DNA of 64,000 bases, taken from positions 6,944,001-7,008,000 of the forward strand of contig CM060734.1 in the NCBI GenBank assembly GCA_030704615.1. Direction: 5' to 3'. Origin of the DNA: Takakia lepidozioides (lineage: Eukaryota > Plantae > Bryophyta). Made by a program: the position numbers and the translations under genes. Positions 22,781 through 36,617 of the stretch are shown here, piece after piece (the first letter of the stretch is position 1; every line of letters starts with the position of its first letter). The notes below the pieces were generated by a model that saw nothing but the letters and a program-made list of their open reading frames with translations, was not told the origin of the DNA and ran no database searches.

Positions 22781-25700
22781 ATGTTGGACAAGAAGCCTGT
22801 GCTTTTTGGGCAAGTTAGGAGTCACCCCACTGTTGTGTCGTTGCCGAATACGTATGCATCGAAACACATGAACCGGCCCGGGCCAGAGCTTGACGAAGAT
22901 CCGGAGGAAAGAGTTCTTCTGGAGCTTCTGGCAGCTTTCCCAGGGTTCTCTCTACAAGTCATTGCCTCTGCTTATACAGAAGCCGACTGTGATCCAAATG
23001 GAGCTGCGGAAATCCTTACCACACAGCATTCTACAAGTGGACAAGGAGATTGGGAGAGTCAGTTCACGCAATTGAACAGGACGCCGAACGGTTATATAAG
23101 AGACACAGGCGGGAGTAATTATAATGTGAACACAGTTGGAAGGGGTGGTCAATCTGCGGATCTGCTTTTGCAGAAATATGGTAGTGGAGTAAGTGACCGT
23201 GTCGCAAGAGATTCCCAGGGAGAAAACGCTTTTCAAATGCCTTTGTTACAGGAGACACTCAGGGCACCTGATCAAAACGCCGTGGCTTATCCGCATTTAT
23301 ATGCTGGTTATGGGTCACAGCACTTATTCCATAATCAAGTAAACCCTAGCAAACGTCCTCCACCTACAATCAGCTCTGAGAAAGGAAGCACATATGAAAT
23401 TCTTGAAACTGGGAAGTTCCTAAGCGGACCAGCTGGGATTGAATCAAGCACTTCTAATCTGCTCAAGGAAAATGCATGGACGCCATCACCTCAAGATGTC
23501 GTGAGGCACACTGGTGACATTTACACTCGTACTCTGTCGGATGCTTCTCACAGCAAAGTCTCAGCCGTGTCGGGTACAGTTTCAAATATGATTGGGAGAA
23601 GTGGCCGTGCTGACCGCCTCCATGAGAGCAAGGGGACAAGAACAGTTGACAACGACAGCGGCCGATATACAATTGAAGGGCAGGTTGAAGGAGTCAAAGG
23701 GAGTTCCTTGCAGGCGGGGAGGAACAAGAAGAAGAAAAAGAAGGGTGAAGGCCTTGATTTCGAAGAATTGGAGCCTAAAGATGCTGCACAGCGTAGGGCA
23801 GTGGAGGATTTCCTGTACTCAATGCTTGGCGATGGTTTTCAGCTTGGCATCTATGTCGTTAGGGACGTTTTGCGTACGTACAGTTGCTTTCTCCTTCCCT
23901 TACCATCTGGTTGCCATTTCTGAGTAGTTTCTGTTTAATGGCCACTCTTCATTTTCAATGACTAGCCAGTCTCTTGTGTGCCATGGCTTCAGTCTACTCT
24001 GGGTAGTTGGTACCTCTTTTTGTTGTACCCCTAGGGAAGAAGTTATAGTTGGGGGAGTTCTAGAACAGGTTTAGATCACAGTCAAGTAAGATGACATTGG
24101 TGCCTTGTTTCTCAGGTGATTGTCAAGGTGACACACAAAAGGTATGTGGTGTCTTGCATTTTTTGCTTCTCAGTGTCTTCCAAGTGATGCGCAGTATTGA
24201 GCAGCTGTTGGACACAGTAGCTTTAGCTTACTTTTTTCCTGTTGTTTTTAGGTGTGGCAACTGAACTCGATGCTGTCTTGGTCTTATGAAGTGAAGTTGA
24301 ACAAGTGCAGTTGGTCGCGGAAGTGGAGGTTTACAATACTAGGTTTAGCAAGTCTGAGAATTTGTGATGGGTGACATAATTCTGTAGAGGTTGAGCCAGT
24401 TCAAGTGCAGGTTTGTTCACAGTGAAGGACACTTTGTGAAGTAAGCCTTGAAAATGAAGTGAGTGTCCTATTGATTGCAAAGCAGGGTCTGACGGAAACT
24501 GAACACTTTTTTCTCTCATCATTTCTCCCTTGGTTGCGTTTTAGCATTTTATGATGGGATCTTCTGAGCAGGCCATGGGATTGGGTGTACTACCCAGGAA
24601 GCCTGTGGGTTGTCACCCCACAAGTGTCCTGACTAATCTCAGTGGTGATTGCAGGGAACTACCAGCAGCCAGTGTTCCAGCACTTGACCTTAAATCAAGT
24701 CCTATGGGTGTATTGTGCATTTTTTAATAGGTTCATGATCTCAACTCATATTGCTCCCCCATGGAATGATTTTAAATTGATGGGAAATGGGATTGCAGAG
24801 TCTTGATGCACTGCTGCAAATGGCTTCATCTTCTTCAGGATTCAGCAATGAGAATGACAATGCATGCAATGGGAAAGCATCTCTAATTGGTGACAACAAA
24901 CTGGCTGAGCGGGTAGATCCATTGCAAGCCCTGATTGAGGCCTTTCCAGACATTGACCCTGCACAAGTGGTTATGGCTTTCCAGGTAATTGCAGACATGG
25001 GTTCATGCATTGCTGTGTCCTGTAACAGCTTTGATGTTTCAAATCAGAACTGATAATGGTGAGTATATTACCTTGGGATGATGGTACGATGGGTCTATGC
25101 AGCTGTAAAGTGAGTAGATACTGGAAGTTCTTTTATTCTCATCCCTGGCTATCAGATTTCTTGGTTCACCTGTGATCATGTTGCAACAGGGTTGTTTATC
25201 CTTCTTCCACAGTGTTGTTAAGAATTGACCTGTAGTAAGATGGGATAAGAGCAGGTGCATTGGGTCCATAATGCGTTCTATATTTGAACTTGTGACTTCG
25301 CTCCCTATATTTTTGTTGTTAGGAGCATGAGGGAAATGTGGAGCTGGTTTCAAATGCACTGATCAAGACTGGTATGAGGGTAAGCACAATTAGAAAATAT
25401 ATATTTCAAGTATTTGTAACTTCATAGGCTTGGAAGAAAGTAGTTGGGGAGAGAATAGGCTAAATGCAGGTTATTGCCATGCAGATTCTGCTTGATCGGC
25501 TGAAGGGAACCTTTCCATCTGTTGACAATACCACCTTGTTTGAAGTCCTGCAATCCAACAACTTCTCCTACAGGTATCTCCTCCTGATGTTGTTTACATC
25601 CTTTCCTTTTATTGAGTCTTTGGTCAGAATCTTCTTCGCAGGTTGAATCTGCAATGGACATTTCAGCTTGGGGTTAGATGAAATTTGCTCCCTCTCACTC

Positions 25701-28700
25701 ATTTATTCTGTTGTCTCTTCCATGGAACAGAGGAGGTTGTGTTGAAGTGATGGTTAGAAATGAGCCCAGAAGCCTCACCTATAAGGCTGTCGGAATCAAC
25801 CCAGGAACCCTCAAAAGTTCTTAGAGGACTGATCGCAGTTCTGAGGGCTGCAGGGATTCAGTGGAGTTCCTGATGGAAGCAGGCTTACCACCTGTTCATG
25901 AAAGGGCTGCCAACCAAATGGACCCAACGGATCGCCCACGCACAGTTCTGCAGAATCTGTACAGTTGTAATGGGGAGGCAGAAGCCCCTGGTCAGCCCCC
26001 ACCCCTGCAAGCGGTATGGTCTAACAAGGAACCAGCAGATGCATCTTCTCAACACGACTGGACAGTTTGCACTTCGAAAGACATCCGTACAGATGGCTCT
26101 GCTGTAGACAAGAAGAAAGCATTATATCACTTCAAGTCTTATGGTATGTTTGTACAGCATGCTCATTCTCGCTGCTTGTCTGTATAAGCAATGGTCACTC
26201 TGGGGTTTTCTTCCTGTCATATGTCTATCTTGTGCCTGCCTCGTTTTTATGGCATCCCAGCTTCCTATTGGTGTTTCTCTTAAGCCCTTCCCCCAGTTGT
26301 ATCCTACTATTGCAAGCGGAGAATCAGAACTAGTGAAGTGATGATGAAGTGCGGATTGGCTTCGATTGAGAAATGGCATGGATGGTTTTTGGGCAGGTGA
26401 CTGGGATGACTATGACCGCCATCGTTGTAGTGCAAATGAGCATTGGCGGACCATGCAGTACTATTTTAGAGAGGTATGGCATCCACACACAGACTCAACT
26501 CTCTGCACTCTAAACTTGAAAACAACCCCCCTGCCTCGCCGAAAACCGGTCTACCCTCTACCTTATAGAGCCCATCCTCGAAAGGGGGCAGTAGCCGCAA
26601 GGTGAAGTGGCTCTTACTTACGCAGGCTTCAGCGGGAATCCTCTCTCTCTCTTTTGAGAGGTTCTGGCATTGTAAAAGTTCCCAGTTTGAGAAATTTGGT
26701 GTATGTGCATGTTTGTGTTTCTGTATTAGTACATCCACATTTTCTGGGACCAGTATGGAGGCGGAACATCAGATACTTGGGACACCTCATGTTCATGCAT
26801 CCTGTCGTCAAAGTATTTAATCCCCAACTTACTGCAACAGAAAGGGTTGACCACTTGTCAGTTTGAAAAATTGTGCTTATACCCTTAGAAAATTTTACCA
26901 GGATGACTCGCACATAATGGCCATACTACCTGTCTAATTTGCATGTCACCACCAATACAATGCTGTGCACTCCCAAACGGGATCTCCTCAGTTCTTGATG
27001 GAATATTTGCTCAAACTTAACCATTGTGACGCTGCGCCCTTGGCCTGGGATCCAAAACCTAGGGTAACTCAAGTTGGAGAGCTATGTGATGGGTGACCAG
27101 GGTAAGCTATTAGGTGACTTCCTTCAAAAGGTTGTCTACTTTTGCAGATGTCCGTTACCTGGACTGACAAATTGTTGATAGTGTCTTGGGTTGGTGGGAC
27201 TGCTTTCTGTGTTGGGCATTTTGTGGTATTGTTCATTGTTATGTCTTTTTCCTTGCTATTTCAGGCTGCAGATGCTTATGGAAGAGGAGAACATTGTCGA
27301 GCTGCTACTTTATCCGAAAGGGTATTAGATTTCACCTCTATCCACCTATTATGGTTGTTTTGGGCAGTAGAACTCCCCCTGGGAACTGTGATCATGATTG
27401 TGAATTGCTCCAGTCTGCATTTGTACTACTGTTTCAAAGTCCGTAGATTGTTAAGGGTATGTCCATCAGATCTCCTGCTCTTCCTATGTCTGGGTGACAT
27501 TCTTCAGTGCTGAAGGCCATCTAGCTGTGTTTCTGTAAGCAGGCTGGTCTTATGGAACAGTGCTGTAAGTTATGTTTGCACATGTGAGTTCTTCAATCTG
27601 TACGAAGGGTCTGCCACACAATGTCTGTGGAGATGTTAGTTGATTTCCAGGACATGACTACTGGGCACCCTCTGACCTTCAGTATTGACCAATACGCTGG
27701 GGAAAAAGACCCAGTCTTCTCTAAGTCAGTACTTAATAGTTATAGCGTTTCACGGAATAGGAATTCTTTGTTGTTTCAATTTTTCAGTTACATATTATTG
27801 GACTCTTTGGAAGGAAGGAAATTTTACAGGACGAAGGGCTGACAGATCTGTTGAACAAGAAATGTATTGGAGCCATGGGTGTTCCCTGGAGTTTTCATGT
27901 AGCAAAAATCTCCTGTAAGAAACAAAAATTGCAACATCTGAGTAATTAATGTGCTGGAGCTGTGTTGGAACAGGGGAAGGAATACAAGCAGTTGGCCCGG
28001 GAAGCAAGTGAAAGAGCTAGCCACCGCATCTTCAATGTCAAGTAGGTGCAGTCAAATAAACAGAGGATTTGGGTGGGAAGAGGTAGTCTAGACTGCATGT
28101 AGAGGGGGTAAGAGAGATTTGAAATGCAGCATTTGCAGTTCTGGCTAGTTCCACTCTTGTCATTCCACCTCATCTAGCACTGGTCTGCCTAGCCTTCTGA
28201 CTTCGCAACATTCTGTATTTCTGAGACTTGTTTTGTGGTTCATTGCAGGAACAAAGACATAGTGAACAACATCACCATTGACTTGCATGCCCAACATGTG
28301 AGAGAAGCAATTCAAGTGCTAAAGCTTCACCTTCAAACTCTGTCATCCATTCCCTGTAAGTACACTACAGTTCTGCCACTATTGTTGTACCTTGCTGCCA
28401 TGCATAGCACCTCAACTGTGACCCCTTATATCCCTTATATGAAGCTTCACCCACCTATATGTTAGTGTGACCTCAAGCTAAGAGCCAGTCTTTCGATACC
28501 AGTTTTCTTCTCAGTTCGCTGTGCTGGATTATATCTTGATATTGAGATTTCAGCCCACAAGGGAAATGTGGACTTCCTGTTTGCCAAGTGAGTTACATTA
28601 CCTTAGTCAAGCACAATCTTTGTCTGTGCAGTGTCCGTCCAATATTTTATATTTGGGGTTTCGCGAGCACATCCTTCTGTATTAAGGTGGTGGGAGGGAA

Positions 28701-29460
28701 ACAGAAACTGTGTTGGTGTAGTCCAGCTGGTATGTTTCATGCCTGAACAGTCCTTGGACTTGAGAAAGTTCAGAGTTCCAGGTGGCATGTGGTTCTTTGT
28801 GTGAGCAAGCCTGCGCTTTCGTGCAGCGGTGCAGACTCTGACAGTCATTACGGGACATGGTTCTCACAGTAGCGATGGACGTGCAAGGATCAAGCCTACT
28901 GTAAGGTCCCTATATAACTCTTGATATTTCCAGGCTTGTATGTTTGGAGTCCAAAGAAGTTACTATTGAAGTGCCTGCTCCACTAAGGAGTACTGACAGT
29001 CTGATGTAGAGCCTTCCTGTTGGGAAAGACCACCCGGTGGGTATCTTTGTTTTGTGTCTAGTGAGCCTGGATTAAATTATCCTACGACGATAGCAAACTC
29101 GCCATTGGTTTGGACTTAAATCAGCTGCAGTCCAACAGCTCTCAGATCTTCAGTCTATTCAATTGAGGGATCGATCCAATGCTTATGTAAGCCATAGCTT
29201 TAAAAACAGTTGAGCAGAGTTGGGATTGTGTTGCATAGTTCCTCATAAGGCTGAGAGAGAGAGAGAGAGATTGTTTCAATGTTAACCATGAGTCTCCTTG
29301 TGCATATGGGCATCTTGCTTTGCAGGTGACTAAGTTTCTTTTGAAGCGGGAAATACCATGGAGAGAAGCCAATGCAGGCTGTCTTGTCATTAAGATGAGA
29401 GATGTTCGGACTAAGGAGCTGGAGTCAGGAGGGTATGGAAGTGCAGGGGATTCTGGATGA
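22781..29460 (+). CDS. Host gene: SDE5/At5g58720-like protein (CUE/UBA-like repeats, DUF1771, Smr). Predicted exons 22781-23873, 24116-24141, 24799-24984, 25323-25379, about 25470/25485-25573, 25854-26143, 26397-26473, 27265-27321, 27974-28041, 28249-28355, 28827-28900, 29326-29460
   Basis: EERVLLELLAAFPGFSLQVIASAY, EDFLYSMLGDGFQL, AADAYGRGEH..A..LSERGK, TIDLHAQHVREA, VITGHGSHS, NAGCL. GT-AG junctions keep frame to the TGA at 29458-29460. Start codon and exon 4/5 borders are less certain. Confidence 0.88.
26500..26651 (+). mobile_element. 5'-truncated LINE 3' end in an intron of the host gene
   Basis: 26565-26651 matches the reverse complement of 41324-41420, including the (CT)n tail. Confidence 0.85.
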
Positions 29461-30658
29461 CAAAGGAGAGAATATTTTTGGCAACCACCATTGGTGTTTA
29501 GTGCATGCATCTTGTTTGCGGAAAGGGGCCTACTTTGAAATTACTTCATATTACTTTTGAAGTTTCGTATCTAGTGTTCTATCTGTAGTTTTTGCTGGAT
29601 TTAAGACTTACCCTTCAGTGCTGAGGTGCGCCTCACATACTTGTCTAGCTTTGTGAAGTACAAGCACATCTGGTACTACATTTTTAGTTGTGGAGAAGTC
29701 AGAAGGGAGTGTAAGTTAGAAGATGGCCTAAAATGAAAATTGTGGCTCAAATCGTTGTTTGAGAGAGGGCAATGTTTACCGATGCATGAACGTTTCTCGC
29801 TTATATGCCCTTGTCTAAATATACAAGAATTGGTTCATTTTGCACAACCTCGGACTGAGTAGATGAGAAACAAGAGCTATAAGAGCTCCTAATCCCTTTG
29901 TCGCTGTAGCTCATGAGACTCGGGTTTAGGGGTTCTCATTTTGGAGATTGTGCCTCAAAGTTGGGTACAATGATATCATTTGGTGGACTGACTAGTTAGA
30001 TATACGGATTGGACTTTATGGTAACCGTCAAGTTCCTTGAAACACTAAATGCAGAGTCCACATCCTGATGCTTTTGCCCATGCCTGGATCTGGACACTTG
30101 CTTGTGAATCTTTAGGGGAACTGTGTACTGTGGAGCAGGTGGTTGTATGTAACAGCTATGGTGTGCAGAATGACAGTGGGCAGATGTCAAATAACTCAAA
30201 AGTGTATGATGTCAACAACGGAAGGCAGCTCACGGGGTGAGTATACAGATTGCATCCATGATGAGCACATACTTGACTGCACCTCCAAAAGAACTCCTAA
30301 GAGTGTCAAGATAAGAGGCATCTTAGGTTCACAGATCCACATTAGTCCCATGTTGGAGAGTGCTTTGTATGGTCTTGTCAGACAGGGTTGTGAGTTATGA
30401 TGCCAGAGACTCTGCTACACCAAACATCAACATCTGAGCAGCTGTCCTGGCTGTTCAGCAGTTTGTGCACAAGGTTAAGTAGTGAGATGTAGTTCTGTTG
30501 GGAAGAAAGGTGTACAAGGTGTTCTTGAATGCGTACAAGTGCTCCAGAAGTGAATGAAGGCAGTTCCTGAGTTCCTGTTACAAGCCCTTTGTCATCAACT
30601 CTTGTCTGGAAACTTCGTTTGGCACCAAAGCTTCTCTAAACATAATATATGAAGTGAG

Positions 30659-32727
30659 TCCATGAGCCTCTCTCACCTCCATAGCTTTAGGTATTGAGAG
30701 GGAATGTGTTGATGGCTTTGTAGGGTAGATTCCTTTAGCAAAGGTGCCATTGGCTTGACTTAGTTTATGTAATAGAGTGGATTTCACTTGGAAGAACTAG
30801 GGCTTGTTCTTAGTGTGATTGCTTCATGCTTTGAGAGTTTCCGTTCTCTTCCACTTCTCTCATTTCTCATCTCTTATCACTACAAGAAGATCTCCTTATG
30901 CTTGGGAGTGCGGAGTGTAAGGATTAGTTTTGCACTTGTATGTCAAGGAAATTGAGAGCTAGGAGAATTTAGCTCTTGTATCACAAGGCTTGCAAGGGGT
31001 TGCAAGGAAAGGTGCTTGGGTGTTGCATGCACCAAGGAATTGGAGAGCTTGAGAAGGAAGCTCTTGAGTCACAAGATTTTGCAAGGATTGCAAGGAGTAA
31101 GTCTTGTGTGTGTGGAAGCAAGGATTCTAGGGTTTGAGAATCCTTTGTATGCATTGTGGAGTCGATGGTGGGTGCCATGGCTTGTGGAGAGCGACTAAAG
31201 GATTGTTAGTGTTCATTTCACTAGCAATCTAGGGTTAAGCAAGTTCAAAGTGTGGATGTTGTGGAAGAGAAGCCAAGGAACTACATAGGCTTAGGCTTGA
31301 AGACAACAAGGGCAAGCACTTGGAGAGCATTAAGAAAGTCGAGAGGTTTTGAAAGGGAGCATGTGAAGAAATCTTCCAATCATGGTGGTGTGCAGCCAAG
31401 CTTAGGGCGCCATTGGAAGGGCTTGGAGAACATATGGTGGGAAATCCTTGAAGGGAGATCATCATTCAATGTATGTATAGTTTCACCCTAACTATGTAAT
31501 GTGACAAGAGGGGGAGGCAATACTTGGGTATTCATGCTCTTGGTAGTGTGAGCTTTGTGGTGGATTCAACTACCATATCTCCATTGCCGAGCAATCAGGC
31601 TGTCATGGTTTTAGTCATGGTTAACCAAAATTACATACTTCTAATTAACTAGAATATTTTAGATATTTATATTTGTATTTTGTGTGTTGGGACTTCATTT
31701 GGTCTCATATGTCAAGTGAGGTGTCAAACCTCACTTGGGACATGGGGATGGGTTTTCCCCTTGTGAGTGTTGAGGAGGGCTCATCTTCTTGTAGTTGAGC
31801 CTCCATGAGCCTCTCTCACCTCCATAGCTCTAGGTATTGAGTGGGAGTGTGGTGAGGGCTTTGTAGGGTGGATTCCTTTAGCAAAGGTGCCCTTGGCTTG
31901 ACTTAGTTTATGTGATTGAGTTGATTCATGAGTGAAGTGTTTCAATTGTGTTCACTTTCATATCACTACAAGAAGATGATATTATGTTTGTGAGTGCGAA
32001 GTATAATGATTAGTTTAGCACTTGTGTTGGAGTACACCAAGGAGTGAGAGAGCTAGGAAAAGCTCAAGTATCTCACAAGGCTTGCAAGGTATTGCAAGGA
32101 AAGGTGCTATGTACCAAGGAATTAGAGATCTAGGAGAATTTAGCTCTTGTATCACAAGGGTTGCAAGGGTTGCAAGGAAAGAAACTTGTGGTGTTACACC
32201 AAGGTGTTGGAGAGCTCAAGAAGGAGCTTGTTTGCCACAAGATTTGCAAGGATTGCAAGAGGGAAATCTTGTGGTTGGTGGAAGCATGGATTCTAGGGTT
32301 TGAGAATCATTTCTATGCATTATGGAGTCAATGGTGTGTGCCATGGCTTGTGAAGAGCAACTAAAGGATTGTTAGTGCTCATTTCACTATCAATCTAGGG
32401 TTAAGTAAGCTCAATTGTGGATGTTGTGGAAGAGAAGCCAATGAGCTACATAGGCTTGGGTTTGAAGACAACAAGGGCAAGCACTTGGAGAGCATTAGGA
32501 AGCTCAAGAGGTTTGAAGGGGAACATGTGAAGAAGTCTTCCAATCGTGGTGGTGTGGAGCCAAGCTTAGGGCATTGGAAGGGCTTGGAGAACAACTTGTG
32601 GGAAGTCCTTGAAGAGAGATCATCATTCAAGGTATTCATAGCTTCACCTTCACTATATAATGTGACAAGAGGGGGAGGCAATGCCCGGCTATTCATGCTC
32701 CAAGTAGTGTGAGCTTTGTGGTGGATT
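30659..32727. repeat. Diverged direct duplication of about 0.9 kb (30659-31566 and 31803-32727), probably decayed TE
   Basis: Colinear from ccatgagcctctctcacctccatagct to gagctttgtggtggatt; almost no CG dinucleotides. Confidence 0.85.
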
Positions 32728-33109
32728 GCTCTTGGTGAAGCAAGTGGTTGATCAAGCAAGTGGTGCATGTGTGGAGAATGCTTCCCAAGTATGGCTTCCA
32801 ATTTCAAACTTGAGGAGAACTAGAAGGTGAAGGGAGCAAGTTGATTCCCTTGTGTATGAGGTGATGCATGTGTGGAGCATGCTTTTGGCTTGAGCTTTGC
32901 AATTTCAAGCTTGAGAGGAGTGGCTCTTGAGCTAGCAAGTGAAGGGAGCTTGAATGACCAAGGCTTGAGAGGAGACAAGGCTTGGTGGCTTGCCAAATGC
33001 CTTGGTACCCCATAGAATTCATGGATGCTTGAGGGGATTAAGCATAGAACCCCAAGGAGCACAAACCCTAGCTTGGTAAGGCTAAACCTCAAGGAAATAG
33101 AAGGGGAAG

Positions 33110-33290
33110 CGGCTAAAGCTTAGGGGGAAATGGCTAAACCCTAGGAGGAAATGAACTACTCTATGAGGGGGAAAAGACTATTGCCAGGGGGAAATGACTA
33201 TTCCAAGGGGGAAATGGTTATTCCTAAGGAGAATACAAGGGGAATACAAGGAAAATACGTATAGGCCCAGGGAAATACTGGAGGAATACT
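33110..33290. repeat. Degenerate repeats of about 20 bp (GGGGGAAATG core)
   Basis: Repeated gggggaaatg.cta motifs. Confidence 0.7.
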
Positions 33291-36200
33291 ATGGCATATT
33301 CTCAAGAATATTCACATGGAACTTTGAGAACCTATTGGGAACTTGGGGTGGACGAGCACAGGGCAAGATTGCAAGTAGGGGATCTTTACCAAGAAACGAG
33401 TTTCTTCAGGAACCAGGGATTCACTTGCACCAAAGCCGAGTATCCAGGGTTGAGGGAAATTGGCCAGATATTAAACATTCTGTTTGCCATGAAACAGAAC
33501 CAACAGTATCTTAGCAGATCTTTTACGGAGGAGGTTCTGAAAGCTTTGAGAGGAGAGGATGTAGCTTGGGCGGAGATGATGCACAGTGGTCTGGTGGAGG
33601 AGATGAAACGATTACAGAATACTACTGCCAAGTCCCCAATTATTGTGTCTGGCCCAATTATTGCACAGATCATCTTTGATTCTTGCTTGCTTGATGCGCA
33701 TGAACGCAAAGTAATGGGGGTATTTGAGGCAGCCACAACTGCAGTTGAGGAGCAAGGCTCTTCACAAGGTGAAAGAGGATTAGAGAGGCAGCACCAGTCC
33801 AAGAGACAGAAGAGGGACACAACTGTAATGGCAGATCCACTGACCACGAGGAACCCTCACGATGATGTTTCCATAGCTCCTGCACAGGATGGGGTGCAGC
33901 AGCACAATGGGCTGTTATTACTGGAAGCACGGCCATTAGAGAGGGAGACAGAAGTCACTTCATACCACGGCCAGCACAACAAGCTGACCAAGTTGCCCCA
34001 GTGGTAACTCAGACTGGACTTGCTATTACACCGGAACCTCTTACTGTGGAGAGAGAGGGATTGGACATCCCCACTACAGAGCAAGTAGTGGCAGAAATTG
34101 AGAGGGGCAACCTTCTCTATGAAAACTCTGGCATGGTCGGAGACCCTATGGTACCAAAGATGCAGAATCTGCCCAATGAAATCCCTGTTGTGCAGGTTAT
34201 GCCCAAACCTGTGGCGGAGGTTGAAGGGGTAAAGGGCAAGGGTATTGCAGCACCTTGTGGAAGATGAGGTTGTTTAGGAAGAAGATCTTGTGGGATCATG
34301 GCCTGATTGGTTTGTGAAACATCAAACGGTAGAGAAACAGGAAGAACAGCAGCAGGTTTTCCATGAAGACCCACAGCAGGCCATGCTTATGAGTTCCATA
34401 AGCAGGACTCTCAATCTATTGGGCACCTATGTCAAGACTCATGTTCCTTCCACTCAATTGGTAGCTTTGTGGGAGGAGCTCAAGCAAGAGCTTGAGGCAA
34501 GAATTGCCATTGAGTGTACAAACAAGGTGGATGTGGAAGCCAACCTCAAGTTGCAGAAAGAGTGACACTAAAGCTGCCCTATAGCTTGCAAAGGAAATTT
34601 TAATTGAAGCAGGTCTTGAGCAGGAGAAGTTGCATGAAGTGCATAAGTAGCAACTATACCAGATGCAGGTTCAGCATGAGAGCAAGTTGCATGAAGTGAA
34701 ATTGCTTCATACAGAATTGGAAGCAGTCCATCAAAAAATGATCATACAGTGTGCCACACTAACGACTGATCTGGAGATGGTTGCACAAGAAGTCAAGAAC
34801 CAAGCTGAGAGATGTATAACGGCGGAGACAGAGGCACTAGAGCAGGGGAAATTCATTGCAGACATGAAGGATACTATCTGTCACAATGAATATACACTTC
34901 AGCAGTTGCACCAGGTTGATGTCCAGAAGGACAGGTACATCTTTGAGTTGCAGCAAACCATCACAGTACGGGACAATGAACTTTCTGTGAGTGAAAAAGC
35001 TTGGAAAGAAGCCAATAATTTGTCAGCTACCTATGTAGCTCTGGTTGAGCCTCATGCAAAGCACATGGAGAATTTGCAAGCATACAGGCTCAAGGAGGAG
35101 CATGATCTCCGTGGTGTTACACAGGACTTGGTAGATAATCATCTTTTGCAAGAGTGGTTAATACAAGGGCCGGTGGAAGGGAAAGCACCAAGAAAGCTCA
35201 CCCAAGACGAGATGAATGATCTCAGGCTACGGGTGCAGAACATTGCCACAACCACTATAGACAATGTCTATAGTCGGATAGCTGAGTTACAGGAGGATGT
35301 AGAAGGGCTGCAGACTCAAGTGGATGACTTGAGCTCCAACATTGACAAAAGGGCCTTTGTTCCTGAGGAACAGCTCATGGCTACTTATTTGCACGCAAGG
35401 ACTTTGATTTTCCAATTTTCAGCACAGGAAGTGCAGGACTTGCCAACACCATGAGGGACTATGGCAACAACATCACAGCAACCACACCAGGTCCATAGTG
35501 TTGATACCATGGCACTGCAGCAATTACTGTCTGAGGTTTGGGGTGATGCTTCTTTTAACCCACCTACTACTCCTGCTGCACTTGAATACAATTAGGCTAT
35601 AATTCTACCCTTCAACCAAATTCCCATTGTTATGAATTTGGCTTGGAAAGAATTCAGTCCTCCAAAGTCTTTGGCACACTATTACCAGATTATGCGCATT
35701 TGGTTGCCAGTGGCAACTTCTTCCAACTGACAGACCCATTGAAAATCATCATTTCGCGCGGTATTGGTTTGAGGCAGGAACCATGCTGAAGTAGTTAATT
35801 GCCTTCTAGATTGTTCATGCATTCATTTACACCAAGACCAAGGAGGTACCTAGTTTGGTCGTGGGTTGTGGACTGTATTATGTTGCTTGTTTCACGCTAT
35901 CACATTGAGCAGCAAAAGATACAGATGAGATTTCAGACTTATTCCGGTGGGGAGCATTGGATGTTACCTTCAGTTCCACCACATACATATATGTATGATG
36001 TAAGGATCATGCTTCAAAAGGATCCCCAACTTTGTTCTTGGTTTACTTTTGCTCTGGAGAACTTGGGTCTTGACCACATTTTTCCCAAGGGGCATGAAGC
36101 CAGGAAGTGGCTACACTTCTCCAAAGTCATTGGCACACCACTCAGCTATACAGATGATGAGCTACGGGCATACACTAATCTTGCCCGCAAGAGGTTGACA

Positions 36201-36566
36201 CAAGTCTTACAATATAAGCTTCCAGACATGGTGGGCATACACTGTATGCCAGTCAGGATTCCTGCAAAGCCACCGAAGGACAGGAAACAGTACGGCCAAC
36301 GGGGGGAAGATGATTCGGATACTACTGGTTCAGTGGACGGGAATTTTGACATGGCTGAGGATTATGCGATACAAATGGCGGAGAAGAAACGACGGGGATC
36401 TCCTATGCCTGAAAAGTTACCTCCATATCAGCCTAAGGCCGGACAGTCAAATCCATCTAGTCGACAATCATCCCCACCCAGCCAGCGATATGGCTCGGGC
36501 TCACACATAGAGCCCTCCGAGGGACTCTCACCGGCAGAAGGGTGCTCGTTCACAAAGGTTTGCTGA
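33291..36566 (+). pseudogene. Large fragmented extra ORF (coiled-coil rich) upstream of the PPT of an LTR element
   Basis: Five consecutive + ORF pieces, intronless, heptad-rich middle, ending about 40 bp before the PPT; no gag/pol motifs. Confidence 0.55.
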
Positions 36567-36617
36567 TCCTAAGCAGTAAACCATGAGGACACGTTTTTTT
36601 GAGATGGGGAGGGATAA

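Noticed and set aside
29995-30582. 5' LTR partner of 36618-37441
   Set aside because: No sequence similarity seen, and no matching TSD.
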